The notes beneath the pieces are model-generated. The model worked only from the letters and a program-made list of their open reading frames with translations. It searched no databases and was not told the origin of the DNA. 49,326 bases of DNA from Comamonas sp. lk. GTDB taxonomy: Bacteria; Pseudomonadota; Gammaproteobacteria; Burkholderiales; Burkholderiaceae_C. The stretch lies in NCBI GenBank assembly GCA_945875225.1, contig CAMCJY010000001.1, positions 1-49,326 of the forward strand, written 5' to 3'. Every line of letters starts with the position of its first letter. Within the stretch, counting starts at the first letter, position 1. A program made the position numbers and the translations under genes. Shown here piece after piece: positions 1 to 8,599 of the stretch.

Positions 1-664
1 TATCGGCTCGCAAATCACCGAAGAGGCGCCCTACCTGGATGCGGTAGACCGTATGCTTGATCTGGTGCAGGCGATTGAAGCGGCAGGCATTGCCTTGGAG
101 CATATTGATTTCGGCGGCGGCTTGGGCATTCAATACCAATACGAGGCGCCACCGGCGGCCGATGCGCTGTGGGCCAAATTGCTGCAAAAAATCGATGCGC
201 GCGGCTTGGTCGACCACACCTTGATGATCGAGCCGGGTCGCTCCTTGGTGGGTAATGCTGGCGTGTGCCTCACTGAAGTGCTCTACCTAAAGCCAGGCGA
301 GCAGAAAAACTTCTGCATCGTGGATGCCGCCATGAACGACTTGCCGCGCCCCGCCATGTACCAGGCTTACCATGCGATTGTTCCACTGGCGCAACCCAAA
401 ACCCCAGTTCCGGCTAGCGTGTATGACGTGGTCGGACCGGTATGCGAAAGCGGCGATTGGATTGGCCGGGATCGGACATTAGCGGTGCAGCCCGGCGAGC
501 GACTGGCGGTGATGTCCGCCGGGGCGTATTGCATGAGCATGGCCAGCAACTACAACACCCGCACCCGCGCCGCCGAGGTCTTGGTAGACGGCGACCGGGC
601 GACCGTCATCCGCCAGCGGGAGTCGCTTACGGATTTGTTCCGGGGCGAGCAGCTGTGCGCATGA
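1..664 (+). CDS. lysA: Diaminopimelate decarboxylase, 5'-truncated by window edge
   Basis: Frame open from nt 2 (IGSQI, end of the HIGSQ motif); DFGGG, EPGR, GPVCESGD, AGAY and NYN motifs of fold-III PLP decarboxylases. Confidence 0.95.
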   Translation, partial: IGSQITEEAPYLDAVDRMLDLVQAIEAAGIALEHIDFGGGLGIQYQYEAPPAADALWAKLLQKIDARGLVDHTLMIEPGRSLVGNAGVCLTEVLYLKPGEQKNFCIVDAAMNDLPRPAMYQAYHAIVPLAQPKTPVPASVYDVVGPVCESGDWIGRDRTLAVQPGERLAVMSAGAYCMSMASNYNTRTRAAEVLVDGDRATVIRQRESLTDLFRGEQLCA

Positions 665-1253
665 ATCGGCGGCGCAAGCGCCAGGCCAGCAAGACCCCGA
701 TGATGGCGGCATAAATCGCCACCTGGTCAAAGTTGCGCTTACCCGCGCGCATCCAGAAAAAATGCAAGATAGCCAGCAAGGCGATCAGATACACCGCCCG
801 GTGCAGACTACGCCAGCGCGCCGCGCCCATCCAGCGGATGGCCGCATTGAAAGACGTCAACGCAAGAGGAAGCAACAGCACCAAGGCCAGCAACCCGACA
901 AGAATAAAAGGGCGCTTGGGAATATCGAGCAGGATGTCTTCCCACTGCCCGCTCTGGTCCAGCCAGGCATAGGCGGCAAAATGCAATAGCGCATAGAAAA
1001 ATACAAACAGGCCCAGCATGCGGCGAAAACGGGCCAGGCCCACCCAGCCCATAGCCTCGCGCAAAGGAGTCACCAGCAAAAGCACACAGAGCATGCGCAG
1101 TGTCCACAGGCCGGTGCCGCGTAATAGCGCTTCAGCCGGATTAGCCCCTAGCGCATCCTGTAGCAAGGCAAATAGCAAATAAGCCAATGGCAGCAAGGCC
1201 AGCAGAAAAACACAGGGTTTGGCAAAGCGCCAAGCGAGGGCGCGCTGCATCAT
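627..1253 (-). CDS. msrQ: Heme-binding membrane subunit of periplasmic methionine sulfoxide reductase (YedZ)
   Basis: LGANP, RRMLGL, Y..LH, KRPFI.VG, LALTS and W..LHR.VY motifs; downstream of msrP; start uncertain (1250-1265). Confidence 0.93.
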   Translation of the reverse strand: MMQRALAWRFAKPCVFLLALLPLAYLLFALLQDALGANPAEALLRGTGLWTLRMLCVLLLVTPLREAMGWVGLARFRRMLGLFVFFYALLHFAAYAWLDQSGQWEDILLDIPKRPFILVGLLALVLLLPLALTSFNAAIRWMGAARWRSLHRAVYLIALLAILHFFWMRAGKRNFDQVAIYAAIIGVLLAWRLRRRFMRTAARPGTNP

Positions 1254-1274
1254 CAAGGCGGACAACAGCGGCGC

Positions 1275-2282
1275 TCAGTAGAACTTTTTCAAATCCAAGC
1301 CGGCGTACAACTGACCTACCTGCGCTTGGTAGCCGTTAAACATCAACGTCTTGCGCTTTTTGCCAAAAATGCCGTCTTCGCCGAGCCGCCGCTCGGTGGC
1401 CTGGCTCCAGCGCGGGTGATCCACTTCAGGGTTGACGTTGGAATAAAAGCCATACTCTTGCGGCGCGGCCTTGTTCCAGGCGGTGGCCGGTTGGCGCTCG
1501 CTAAAACGGATTTTGACAATGCTCTTGGCACTCTTAAATCCATATTTCCAGGGCACCACCAGACGCACTGGCGCGCCGTTCTGGTTGGGCAATATTTCGC
1601 CATACATGCCAAAGGCCAACAGCGTCAGCGGATGCATTGCCTCGTCCAAGCGCAAGCCCTCGGTATACGGCCAGTCCAGCGTGCGGCTACCCACAAAAGG
1701 CATGGTTTTGGGGTCCGCCAGGGTCACAAACTCCACATATTTAGCGCTACCCAATGGCTCTACCCGCTTGATCAGCTCAGCCAGCGAGTAGCCCACCCAG
1801 GGGATGACCATAGACCAGCCCTCGACGCAGCGCAGCCGGTAAATACGCTCCTCCATCGGGCTCAATGCCAGTAGGTCCTCCAAGGCCCAGCGTCCGGGTT
1901 TTTTAACCAGACCCTCAATATCCACCGTCCAGGGCGTAGTTTTCAGGGTGTGCGCATTGGCGGCCGGATCGGACTTGTCGGTGCCGAACTCGTAAAAATT
2001 GTTGTAGCCGGACGCATCTTTGTAAGCCGTCAGTTTGTCCATGGCCTGCGCACCTGGCAGCGCGCTAGTATTAAAAGGAAGCGGAGCCAATTTGCCAGGC
2101 CTTTGCGTCGGCGCAAGCGCTTGGGCTGCGCCGACGGAAGGCATGGTACCCAGGGCTAGGGCGCTGGTACTGGCGAGCAAATGACGTAGCGCGCCGCGGC
2201 GGCCTTGCACCCATTCGCGGGGGGTGATGTCAGAACTTTGAAGTTTCACAGGGGCTCCAGTCAAAAAACTATGCCGCCGCAA
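1275..2282 (-). CDS. msrP: Molybdopterin catalytic subunit of methionine sulfoxide reductase (YedY)
   Basis: [25 protein letters not shown] and HPRWSQA motifs; RR Tat-like signal; alternative GTG start at 2249 with GGAG upstream. Confidence 0.96.
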   Translation of the reverse strand: MRRHSFLTGAPVKLQSSDITPREWVQGRRGALRHLLASTSALALGTMPSVGAAQALAPTQRPGKLAPLPFNTSALPGAQAMDKLTAYKDASGYNNFYEFGTDKSDPAANAHTLKTTPWTVDIEGLVKKPGRWALEDLLALSPMEERIYRLRCVEGWSMVIPWVGYSLAELIKRVEPLGSAKYVEFVTLADPKTMPFVGSRTLDWPYTEGLRLDEAMHPLTLLAFGMYGEILPNQNGAPVRLVVPWKYGFKSAKSIVKIRFSERQPATAWNKAAPQEYGFYSNVNPEVDHPRWSQATERRLGEDGIFGKKRKTLMFNGYQAQVGQLYAGLDLKKFY

Positions 2283-2319
2283 GCACCCTAGGGGCGGGTG
2301 CGCGCCAGACCAGGCACGC

Positions 2320-2952
2320 TTAACGCAAACCGGCCACGTAATCCGCTAGAGCCTTAATTTCGCGGTCATTGAGCTTGGCCGCAATCTGGCTCATTTGCAA
2401 GTTGTTTTTGCGCACACCATCACGGAACGCGGTCAACTGGGCCGCCGCATATTCGGCATGCTGGCCACCGATGCGCGGGTACTGCGCGGGGATGCCAGCA
2501 CCATTGGGGCTGTGGCAACCGGCACAGGCCGGCACTTGGCGGTCAGCGATGCCGCCGCGGTAAATTCTTTCGCCCAAAGCCACATTTTCTCTGTCCTTGG
2601 CAAAACCGGTCTTCGCGGCTTTGCTTTCCAGCCAGAAAGAGATATTGCGCATATCGTCTTCGGACAAGGTGCTGGCAAAACCCATCATGACGGCGTTGGC
2701 ACGCTTGCCAGATTTATATTCCTGAAGTTGTTTCACCAAATACTGGGGGTGCTGCTGCGCCAGTTTAGGGAATGTCGGCGTGCCCGAATTACCGTCTGCC
2801 CCATGGCAGGCCGCGCACACCGCGGTAAAGCTGGCTTCGCCTTTTGCCAGATCGGGTTTGGCGGCTTTGGCAGGCTCAGCGCCTTGGGCCGGGGCGAAGA
2901 ACGCGCTGGTAAGCATGGCTGCGACGAGAAACAATGCGGAAAACGACTTCAT
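2320..2952 (-). CDS. Diheme cytochrome c4
   Basis: Signal peptide and two CXXCH motifs (CAACH, CAGCH); divergent from engB as is usual in proteobacteria. Confidence 0.93.
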   Translation of the reverse strand: MKSFSALFLVAAMLTSAFFAPAQGAEPAKAAKPDLAKGEASFTAVCAACHGADGNSGTPTFPKLAQQHPQYLVKQLQEYKSGKRANAVMMGFASTLSEDDMRNISFWLESKAAKTGFAKDRENVALGERIYRGGIADRQVPACAGCHSPNGAGIPAQYPRIGGQHAEYAAAQLTAFRDGVRKNNLQMSQIAAKLNDREIKALADYVAGLR

Positions 2953-3036
2953 GGTGCTAGGGCTCTTAAGTAGGGCAAAAACCCCGGCATTCTACAATGC
3001 GACCCTGGGCTTGCCCGCCACAACAACCACAAGCCC

Positions 3037-3756
3037 ATGACCATCCCACGCCTACCCACTCCGGCCCAGCCAGCCATCGCCGCCGCCGCGCCCAAGAGCG
3101 CGGCCCTGCAAGCGCTGGGCTGGTTGCACACGGCGCGATTTCTGACCACCGCGCCACAATTGCATTTTTTGCCGGAGTTGGACGTGCCGGAAATTGCTTT
3201 TGTCGGGCGCTCCAATGCCGGTAAATCCACCTGCATCAACACCTTAACCCAGCAAAAACAACTGGCTTTTGCTTCCAAACGCCCCGGGCGCACCCAGCAC
3301 ATCAACCTGTTTGCTTTGGGCAAACAAGGCGTAATGGACGCAGTGCTCACCGATTTGCCTGGCTATGGCTACGCGGCCGTGCCCAAGCAGGACAAGATCC
3401 GCTGGCAACAAGTCATGGCCAATTACCTGGTCACCCGGAAGAATTTGCAAGCTATTGTGCTGATGTGCGACCCACGCCACGGGATGACCGAATTGGACGA
3501 AATATTGCTCGACGTCATCCGCCCCCGGGTGGAAGAAGGTTTGAAATTCTTGGTGGTACTGACCAAGGCCGACAAACTGACCCGCAGCGAGGGCGCGAAA
3601 GTCTTGTCGATTACGAAGTTGCAAGCCGGCGGTGGTGAAGTGCGGCTTTTTTCTGCCACCAAGCGCACCGGCTTGGAGGCCGTGGCCACGCTTTTGTGGG
3701 AGTGGGCCCACCCTGCTAGCCTCGCGTCGCTGGCGCTTGAACCGACGGCTAGTTAA
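3037..3756 (+). CDS. engB: Ribosome biogenesis GTPase YihA/EngB
   Basis: GRSNAGKS P-loop, PGRT, DLPGYG, TKADK. Confidence 0.95.
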   Translation: MTIPRLPTPAQPAIAAAAPKSAALQALGWLHTARFLTTAPQLHFLPELDVPEIAFVGRSNAGKSTCINTLTQQKQLAFASKRPGRTQHINLFALGKQGVMDAVLTDLPGYGYAAVPKQDKIRWQQVMANYLVTRKNLQAIVLMCDPRHGMTELDEILLDVIRPRVEEGLKFLVVLTKADKLTRSEGAKVLSITKLQAGGGEVRLFSATKRTGLEAVATLLWEWAHPASLASLALEPTAS

Positions 3757-3789
3757 CAACACGGTGTGTAGGCTATGTCAGAGCCTAGC

Positions 3790-4659
3790 CTAGCCTGAAG
3801 CGTAGATACTGGGCGCACCCGGCGGGCGCGTCTTAAAGCGCTTGTGTACCCAGTAATACTGAGCCGGGTCCTGGTCAATCCATTGCTCAATCCATTGGTT
3901 CATGCGCAAGGTGTCGGCTTGCAAGTCCTCGCTGGGGAAATCCGCCCACACATCGCTCAATCGGACTTCATAACCACCGGGAACCAGGCGGCTGACCAAG
4001 GTGCAGACGCGCGCGCGCCCAAGCTTGGCAAAACGCGCCAGCGTCGGCACGGTAGCGGCAGGCACGCCGTAAAACGGAACCCATAGCGCCCCCTCGGCGC
4101 CGAAATCCATATCCGGCGACAGGTGCAGCCGGATACCTTTGCGCAATCCGCGCAGCACCGGTTGGGGGCCGTCTTTGCGGGCAATCGAGTGCACCTTACC
4201 CGAACGATTGCGACCTCGCACCATCCATTCTTCGGCCCACACCTGGGTCAAGGGCACATAAATGCAAGCGGTGCTGATTTGCTGCAACTCGGTAATTACC
4301 ACGCCGCCAACATCCAGACCCACCATATGCGGTGCCAAAAATATCAAGGGCTCGGGGTTTTCCAGTTCGACCAGCGCCCCGTCAAAATGGATGCGTTCGC
4401 GCAGCAAGGGCACAGGCGCGTGCCATAACCAGGCGCGGTCCAGCAAAGCTTGGGCAAAAAGACGGAAGTGTCTGCGTGCAATAGCCCTGCGCTGCGCCAG
4501 GTCCAAGTGCCCAAAGCAGGCCGCAAGATTGGCCTGCACGACCGCGCGACGGCGACGGGCAAAGACATACAAGAGCATTCCCAGGGCGCTGCCTATAGCG
4601 CGCAAAACCGGCAGCGGCACATAAGCCAGCAACTGCATGACCCGGATCAAGGGGTTCAC
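3790..4659 (-). CDS. Lipid A/lysophospholipid acyltransferase (LpxL family)
   Basis: H-x4-D motif (HMVGLD), PDMD, PAQYYWVHKRFK; start set at GTG 4659 overlapping the upstream stop (GTGA). Confidence 0.88.
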   Translation of the reverse strand: MNPLIRVMQLLAYVPLPVLRAIGSALGMLLYVFARRRRAVVQANLAACFGHLDLAQRRAIARRHFRLFAQALLDRAWLWHAPVPLLRERIHFDGALVELENPEPLIFLAPHMVGLDVGGVVITELQQISTACIYVPLTQVWAEEWMVRGRNRSGKVHSIARKDGPQPVLRGLRKGIRLHLSPDMDFGAEGALWVPFYGVPAATVPTLARFAKLGRARVCTLVSRLVPGGYEVRLSDVWADFPSEDLQADTLRMNQWIEQWIDQDPAQYYWVHKRFKTRPPGAPSIYASG

Positions 4660-5492
4660 GCAAGCGGCTCCCGGCGGGGTTGCTTGAAGCGCTCGTAGCC
4701 CCACAAGTACTGGGCCGGGCATTGGCGCACCAAGCCCTCCATGGCGCTGTTGACCTGGGCCACCATGCAAGCCAGATCTGCTTGCAAGTCCACCTCCAGC
4801 TTGCAGGCATGGATGCAATAGCCCTGTCCCCAGGGCAAGCGCTCTCCCCAGGCCACAACCACATCGGCGCCGGTTTGCAAGACCAGTTTGGCAGCCAGGG
4901 TCATGGTGTAGGCCGGGCGGCCCCAGACCGGTGACCAAATGCCCATGCCCAAGGGCGGCACCTGGTCGGGCAAGAGGCCGACGGCCTCGCCCTTGCGCAA
5001 AGCCTTGAGCAATTTACGCACGCCCTGTAAATTGGTAGGCACGGTCAGCATGCCCTGGCGGCTGCGCGAGGCCTGCAGCATGGCCGCCAACCAAGCTTGG
5101 CGCGCCGGACGGTACAGCACCGTCATAGGCCCATAGCGCTCACCAAACAGCGCCGCCGCAGAGGGCGCTGTCACTTCAAAACAACCTAAGTGTGGGGTCA
5201 AAAAAATCACGCCGCGCCCGCTGGTGTAAGCGGCCTGAACCGCCTCTTGCCCGTTCCACTGTACCGGTACCGGCGCGCCAAACCACAAGCGGGGCGATTC
5301 CAACACGCTGCACCCGGCCTGCCCAATAGCGCCAAGGGCCTCGCGCCAGCCATAGCCGGCCTGCTGCAACTGGGTGTGAAAACGCTGGCGGTAATCCTGC
5401 GAAAACCCATAGCTCAAATAACCCAGCAGCCAACCGACACCGTGCAATAGCCACAGAGGGCAGCGCGCGAGCAGACGGATCAAAAATGGCAT
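4656..5492 (-). CDS. Lipid A/lysophospholipid acyltransferase (LpxL family), second paralog
   Basis: TPHLGCFE (H-x4-E), LLPDQ, PAQYLWGYERFK. Confidence 0.9.
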   Translation of the reverse strand: MPFLIRLLARCPLWLLHGVGWLLGYLSYGFSQDYRQRFHTQLQQAGYGWREALGAIGQAGCSVLESPRLWFGAPVPVQWNGQEAVQAAYTSGRGVIFLTPHLGCFEVTAPSAAALFGERYGPMTVLYRPARQAWLAAMLQASRSRQGMLTVPTNLQGVRKLLKALRKGEAVGLLPDQVPPLGMGIWSPVWGRPAYTMTLAAKLVLQTGADVVVAWGERLPWGQGYCIHACKLEVDLQADLACMVAQVNSAMEGLVRQCPAQYLWGYERFKQPRREPLA

Positions 5493-5514
5493 AGGGCTTT
5501 GCTAGAATGAAATG

Positions 5515-5614
5515 GTCGCCGAGTTAAACGAGCAACTTGCAGGGCGACGACATGATCGACCGGCATTGCCGGCCAATTGTGCCTTGTCCTTCGGGTCAAA
5601 TCTGCTAAAGCGTT
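5515..5614 (+). ncRNA. SAM-II-like riboswitch in the metK leader
   Basis: P1 GTCGCC(5515-20)/GGCGAC(5543-48); TTGCAG pairs with CTGC(T)AA of the GCTAAA core (5602-09); AACG/CGTT pseudoknot; -10 TAGAAT at 5503-08; precedes SAM synthetase. Confidence 0.75.
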
Positions 5615-5671
5615 CGCCAGCTCCCGGGATTGGCAACGCATGTCAACCTCACATTTTTTAGGAGAGCAACC

Positions 5672-6850
5672 ATGGCGAACGATTTTCTTTTTACCTCCGA
5701 GTCGGTGTCCGAAGGACATCCCGACAAAGTATCCGACCAGATTTCGGATGCGATTTTGGACGCGATTTTCAAGCAAGACCCCAAGTCCCGCGTCGCCGCG
5801 GAAACCCTGTGCAACACCGGTCTGGTGGTGCTGGCCGGCGAGATCACCACCAATGCGCATGTGGATTACATACAGGTGGCACGCGATACCATCAAGCGCA
5901 TCGGATACGACAACACCGAATACGGTATTGACTACAAGGGCTGCGCCGTGCTGGTCGCCTACGACAAGCAATCCAATGACATCGCCCAAGGCGTGGACCA
6001 CGCCAGTGACGACCACCTCAACACCGGCGCCGGTGACCAGGGCCTGATGTTTGGCTACGCCTGCAACGAAACGCCCGAGCTGATGCCCGCGCCGATTTAC
6101 TATGCCCACCGCCTGGTCGAGCGCCAGGCCCAGTTGCGCAAAGACGGGCGCCTGCCGTTTTTGCGTCCGGATGCCAAAAGCCAGGTGACCATGCGCTACG
6201 TCAACGGCAAGCCGCATAGCATTGACACCGTCGTGCTGTCCAGCCAGCACAGCCCTGAGATGAGCAATGGCGCGACCATGAAGCAAGAATTCATCGACGC
6301 GGTGATCGAAGAAATCATCAAACCGGTCTTGCCCAAAGAGTGGCTGAAAGACACCCGCTACCTGGTCAATCCCACCGGCCGCTGTGTGGTCGGCGGGCCG
6401 CAAGGCGACTGCGGCCTGACCGGACGCAAAATCATTGTGGACACCTATGGCGGCGCCTGCCCGCACGGCGGCGGCGCGTTCTCCGGTAAAGATCCCACCA
6501 AGGTGGATCGCTCCGCAGCCTATGCCGCGCGCTATGTGGCCAAGAACATTGTGGCGGCCGGTCTGGCCCCCCAATGCCAGATCCAGGTGGCCTATGCCAT
6601 TGGCGTGGCCAAGCCCATGAACGTTACGGTCTATACCGAAGGCACCGGTGTGATTTCTGACGAAAAAATCGCCGCCCTGGTCAGTGAATATTTTGACCTG
6701 CGCCCCAAAGGCATCATCCAGATGCTAGACCTGCTACGCCCGATTTACGAGAAAACCGCGTCCTACGGCCACTTCGGCCGTGAAGAACCCGAATTCACCT
6801 GGGAACGTACGGACAAAGCGAGCGCGCTGCGTGCAGCGGCAGGCTTGTAA
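5672..6850 (+). CDS. metK: S-adenosylmethionine synthetase
   Basis: [35 protein letters not shown]; AGGAG RBS before ATG 5672. Confidence 0.98.
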   Translation: MANDFLFTSESVSEGHPDKVSDQISDAILDAIFKQDPKSRVAAETLCNTGLVVLAGEITTNAHVDYIQVARDTIKRIGYDNTEYGIDYKGCAVLVAYDKQSNDIAQGVDHASDDHLNTGAGDQGLMFGYACNETPELMPAPIYYAHRLVERQAQLRKDGRLPFLRPDAKSQVTMRYVNGKPHSIDTVVLSSQHSPEMSNGATMKQEFIDAVIEEIIKPVLPKEWLKDTRYLVNPTGRCVVGGPQGDCGLTGRKIIVDTYGGACPHGGGAFSGKDPTKVDRSAAYAARYVAKNIVAAGLAPQCQIQVAYAIGVAKPMNVTVYTEGTGVISDEKIAALVSEYFDLRPKGIIQMLDLLRPIYEKTASYGHFGREEPEFTWERTDKASALRAAAGL

Positions 6851-6862
6851 AACAACAAACGC

Positions 6863-8113
6863 ATGAAGCTGCAGACACAACGCCTGATAGACCGCTGGCT
6901 GGGCCAGTTGCTATGTGGCCTGGTGTCGGGCTGGGTGCAGCTCTGCGGTTTATGGCGCAAGCCTGCGGTGATGCCGCAGGATGCGCGACATATTCTGGTC
7001 ATCCTGTTGTCGGAAATGGGCAGCATCGTCTTAGCCGGTCCGATGTTTGCCGCGCTACGCCAGCGCTACCCGCAAGCGGCCATCCACATTCTGCAACTGA
7101 AAAAAAACCAAGAAGTCACTCGCTTGCTGTCGCTTACCGAAGCAGCCCACATGCATACGATCGACGACAGCGGCGGCCTTGCGCTGGTGGGCGACATCCT
7201 GCGCGTGAGCGCACAACTGCGCGCTTTGGGTGTTGACGCGGTTATCGACTGCGAATTGTTTTCGCGCGTCAGCGCGCTGCTGTCCTTTGCCTGCGGCGCC
7301 CAGGTGCGCAGCGGTTTTACCCCGCATACGCAGGAAGGCCTGTACCGGGGCAGCTTTATTACGCATGCGATTCCCTACAACCCTTACCAGCACATCAGCT
7401 TGCAATTTTTATCGCTGGTCGATGCCCTGCAGGCGGACAGCCTACCGCGCAATAAAGCGGCGCCCATCCGGGCGGTACCCCAAGACAGTGCTTTGTCCGT
7501 ACCGTTTACGCCCGAAGAACTTTTGGCTTACCAGGACACATTGGGGCAGGACCATCCGGCCACCCAAGCCAAACGCCTGGTGCTCCTGTATGCCGGTGGC
7601 GGAATCCTGCCCGAGCGCGCCTGGCCGCAAGCGCACTATGCGCGCGTGGCGCAAGGGCTGTGTCACAAGGGTTACGCGGTCGGCTTGATTGGCCTCAAAG
7701 ACGATGCCGCTTTAGCGCAACATCTGAAGACCCAGGTCGGCAGTGATTTATGCATTGACCTGACCGGCTATACCCGCAGCATCCGCGAGCTCTTGATGTT
7801 GTTTTATGCCGCCGATTTGCTCATTACCAACGACGGCGGTCCTGGCCATTTCGCCACCTTGACGCCGATCCAAACCATGGTTTTTTTCGGACCCGAAACC
7901 GGCAAGCTGTATGGACCGCTAGGCAAGCGCAGTGTGGTGCTTGAATCGGGTATCGCCTGCTCGCCCTGCCTGAGCGCCTACAACCACCGCCTGACCTTTT
8001 GCGATGGCGACAACCAGTGCCTCAAACGCATTACGCCGGATCCGGTGCTGGACCAGGCGCTGGCCTTTTTGCAAGCGCAGTGCGGTGCGCAGGTGGCGGC
8101 GCCCGGCGCATGA
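6863..8113 (+). CDS. Glycosyltransferase family 9 (heptosyltransferase-like)
   Basis: ILVILL...LRQRYPQAAI, RAWP..HY, DLTG, NDGGPGH, FFGP and C-terminal CSPC...C...CL. Confidence 0.85.
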   Translation: MKLQTQRLIDRWLGQLLCGLVSGWVQLCGLWRKPAVMPQDARHILVILLSEMGSIVLAGPMFAALRQRYPQAAIHILQLKKNQEVTRLLSLTEAAHMHTIDDSGGLALVGDILRVSAQLRALGVDAVIDCELFSRVSALLSFACGAQVRSGFTPHTQEGLYRGSFITHAIPYNPYQHISLQFLSLVDALQADSLPRNKAAPIRAVPQDSALSVPFTPEELLAYQDTLGQDHPATQAKRLVLLYAGGGILPERAWPQAHYARVAQGLCHKGYAVGLIGLKDDAALAQHLKTQVGSDLCIDLTGYTRSIRELLMLFYAADLLITNDGGPGHFATLTPIQTMVFFGPETGKLYGPLGKRSVVLESGIACSPCLSAYNHRLTFCDGDNQCLKRITPDPVLDQALAFLQAQCGAQVAAPGA

Positions 8114-8598
8114 GCGCGCAAGCCCTCGGGCGTGACCGCCTGCTGGTCCTACTGCGCTGGCTGCTGGGTATCCGCTACATCAAATTTGGCATGGTCGGAG
8201 CCAGTGGCACCGTCGTCAATATCGCCGTGCTCTATCTGGGCCACGAGTATGTGTTTCAAAGCCTGGAGGGACCCCAGGGCAAGCCTTACGCCTCACTGGC
8301 ACTGGCGATTGCGGTGGCCACCGTCAATAACTTTACGTGGAACCGCCTCTGGACCTGGGCTGACCGTGTGCAGCAGATGCCCAGCGAAGCGGGCATAGAC
8401 CCCTTGCCCCCTACGAGTTTGGCCGTGCAGTTGTTCCAATACGCACTGGCGTCCTGGTTTGGCATCGGCCTGCAATACGTGCTCACCCTGTGGCTGGCGC
8501 ACAGCATGCATTACATGTTGGCCAATGTGATTGCCATCGTCATCGCCAGCGTAAGTAATTTTTTAGCCAACGACCGCTGGACCTTTCGTAAACGCTAG
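8110..8598 (+). CDS. GtrA-family flippase-like membrane protein
   Basis: KFGMVGASGTVVN, NNFTWNRLWTW, SNFLANDRWTF; ATGA overlap with the GT9 stop. Confidence 0.9.
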   Translation: MSAQALGRDRLLVLLRWLLGIRYIKFGMVGASGTVVNIAVLYLGHEYVFQSLEGPQGKPYASLALAIAVATVNNFTWNRLWTWADRVQQMPSEAGIDPLPPTSLAVQLFQYALASWFGIGLQYVLTLWLAHSMHYMLANVIAIVIASVSNFLANDRWTFRKR

Positions 8599-8599
8599 A

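Noticed and set aside
4660-4938. 93-aa N-terminal extension of the downstream acyltransferase
   Set aside because: Overlaps the upstream paralog in another frame; GTGA coupling at 4656-4659 gives the natural start
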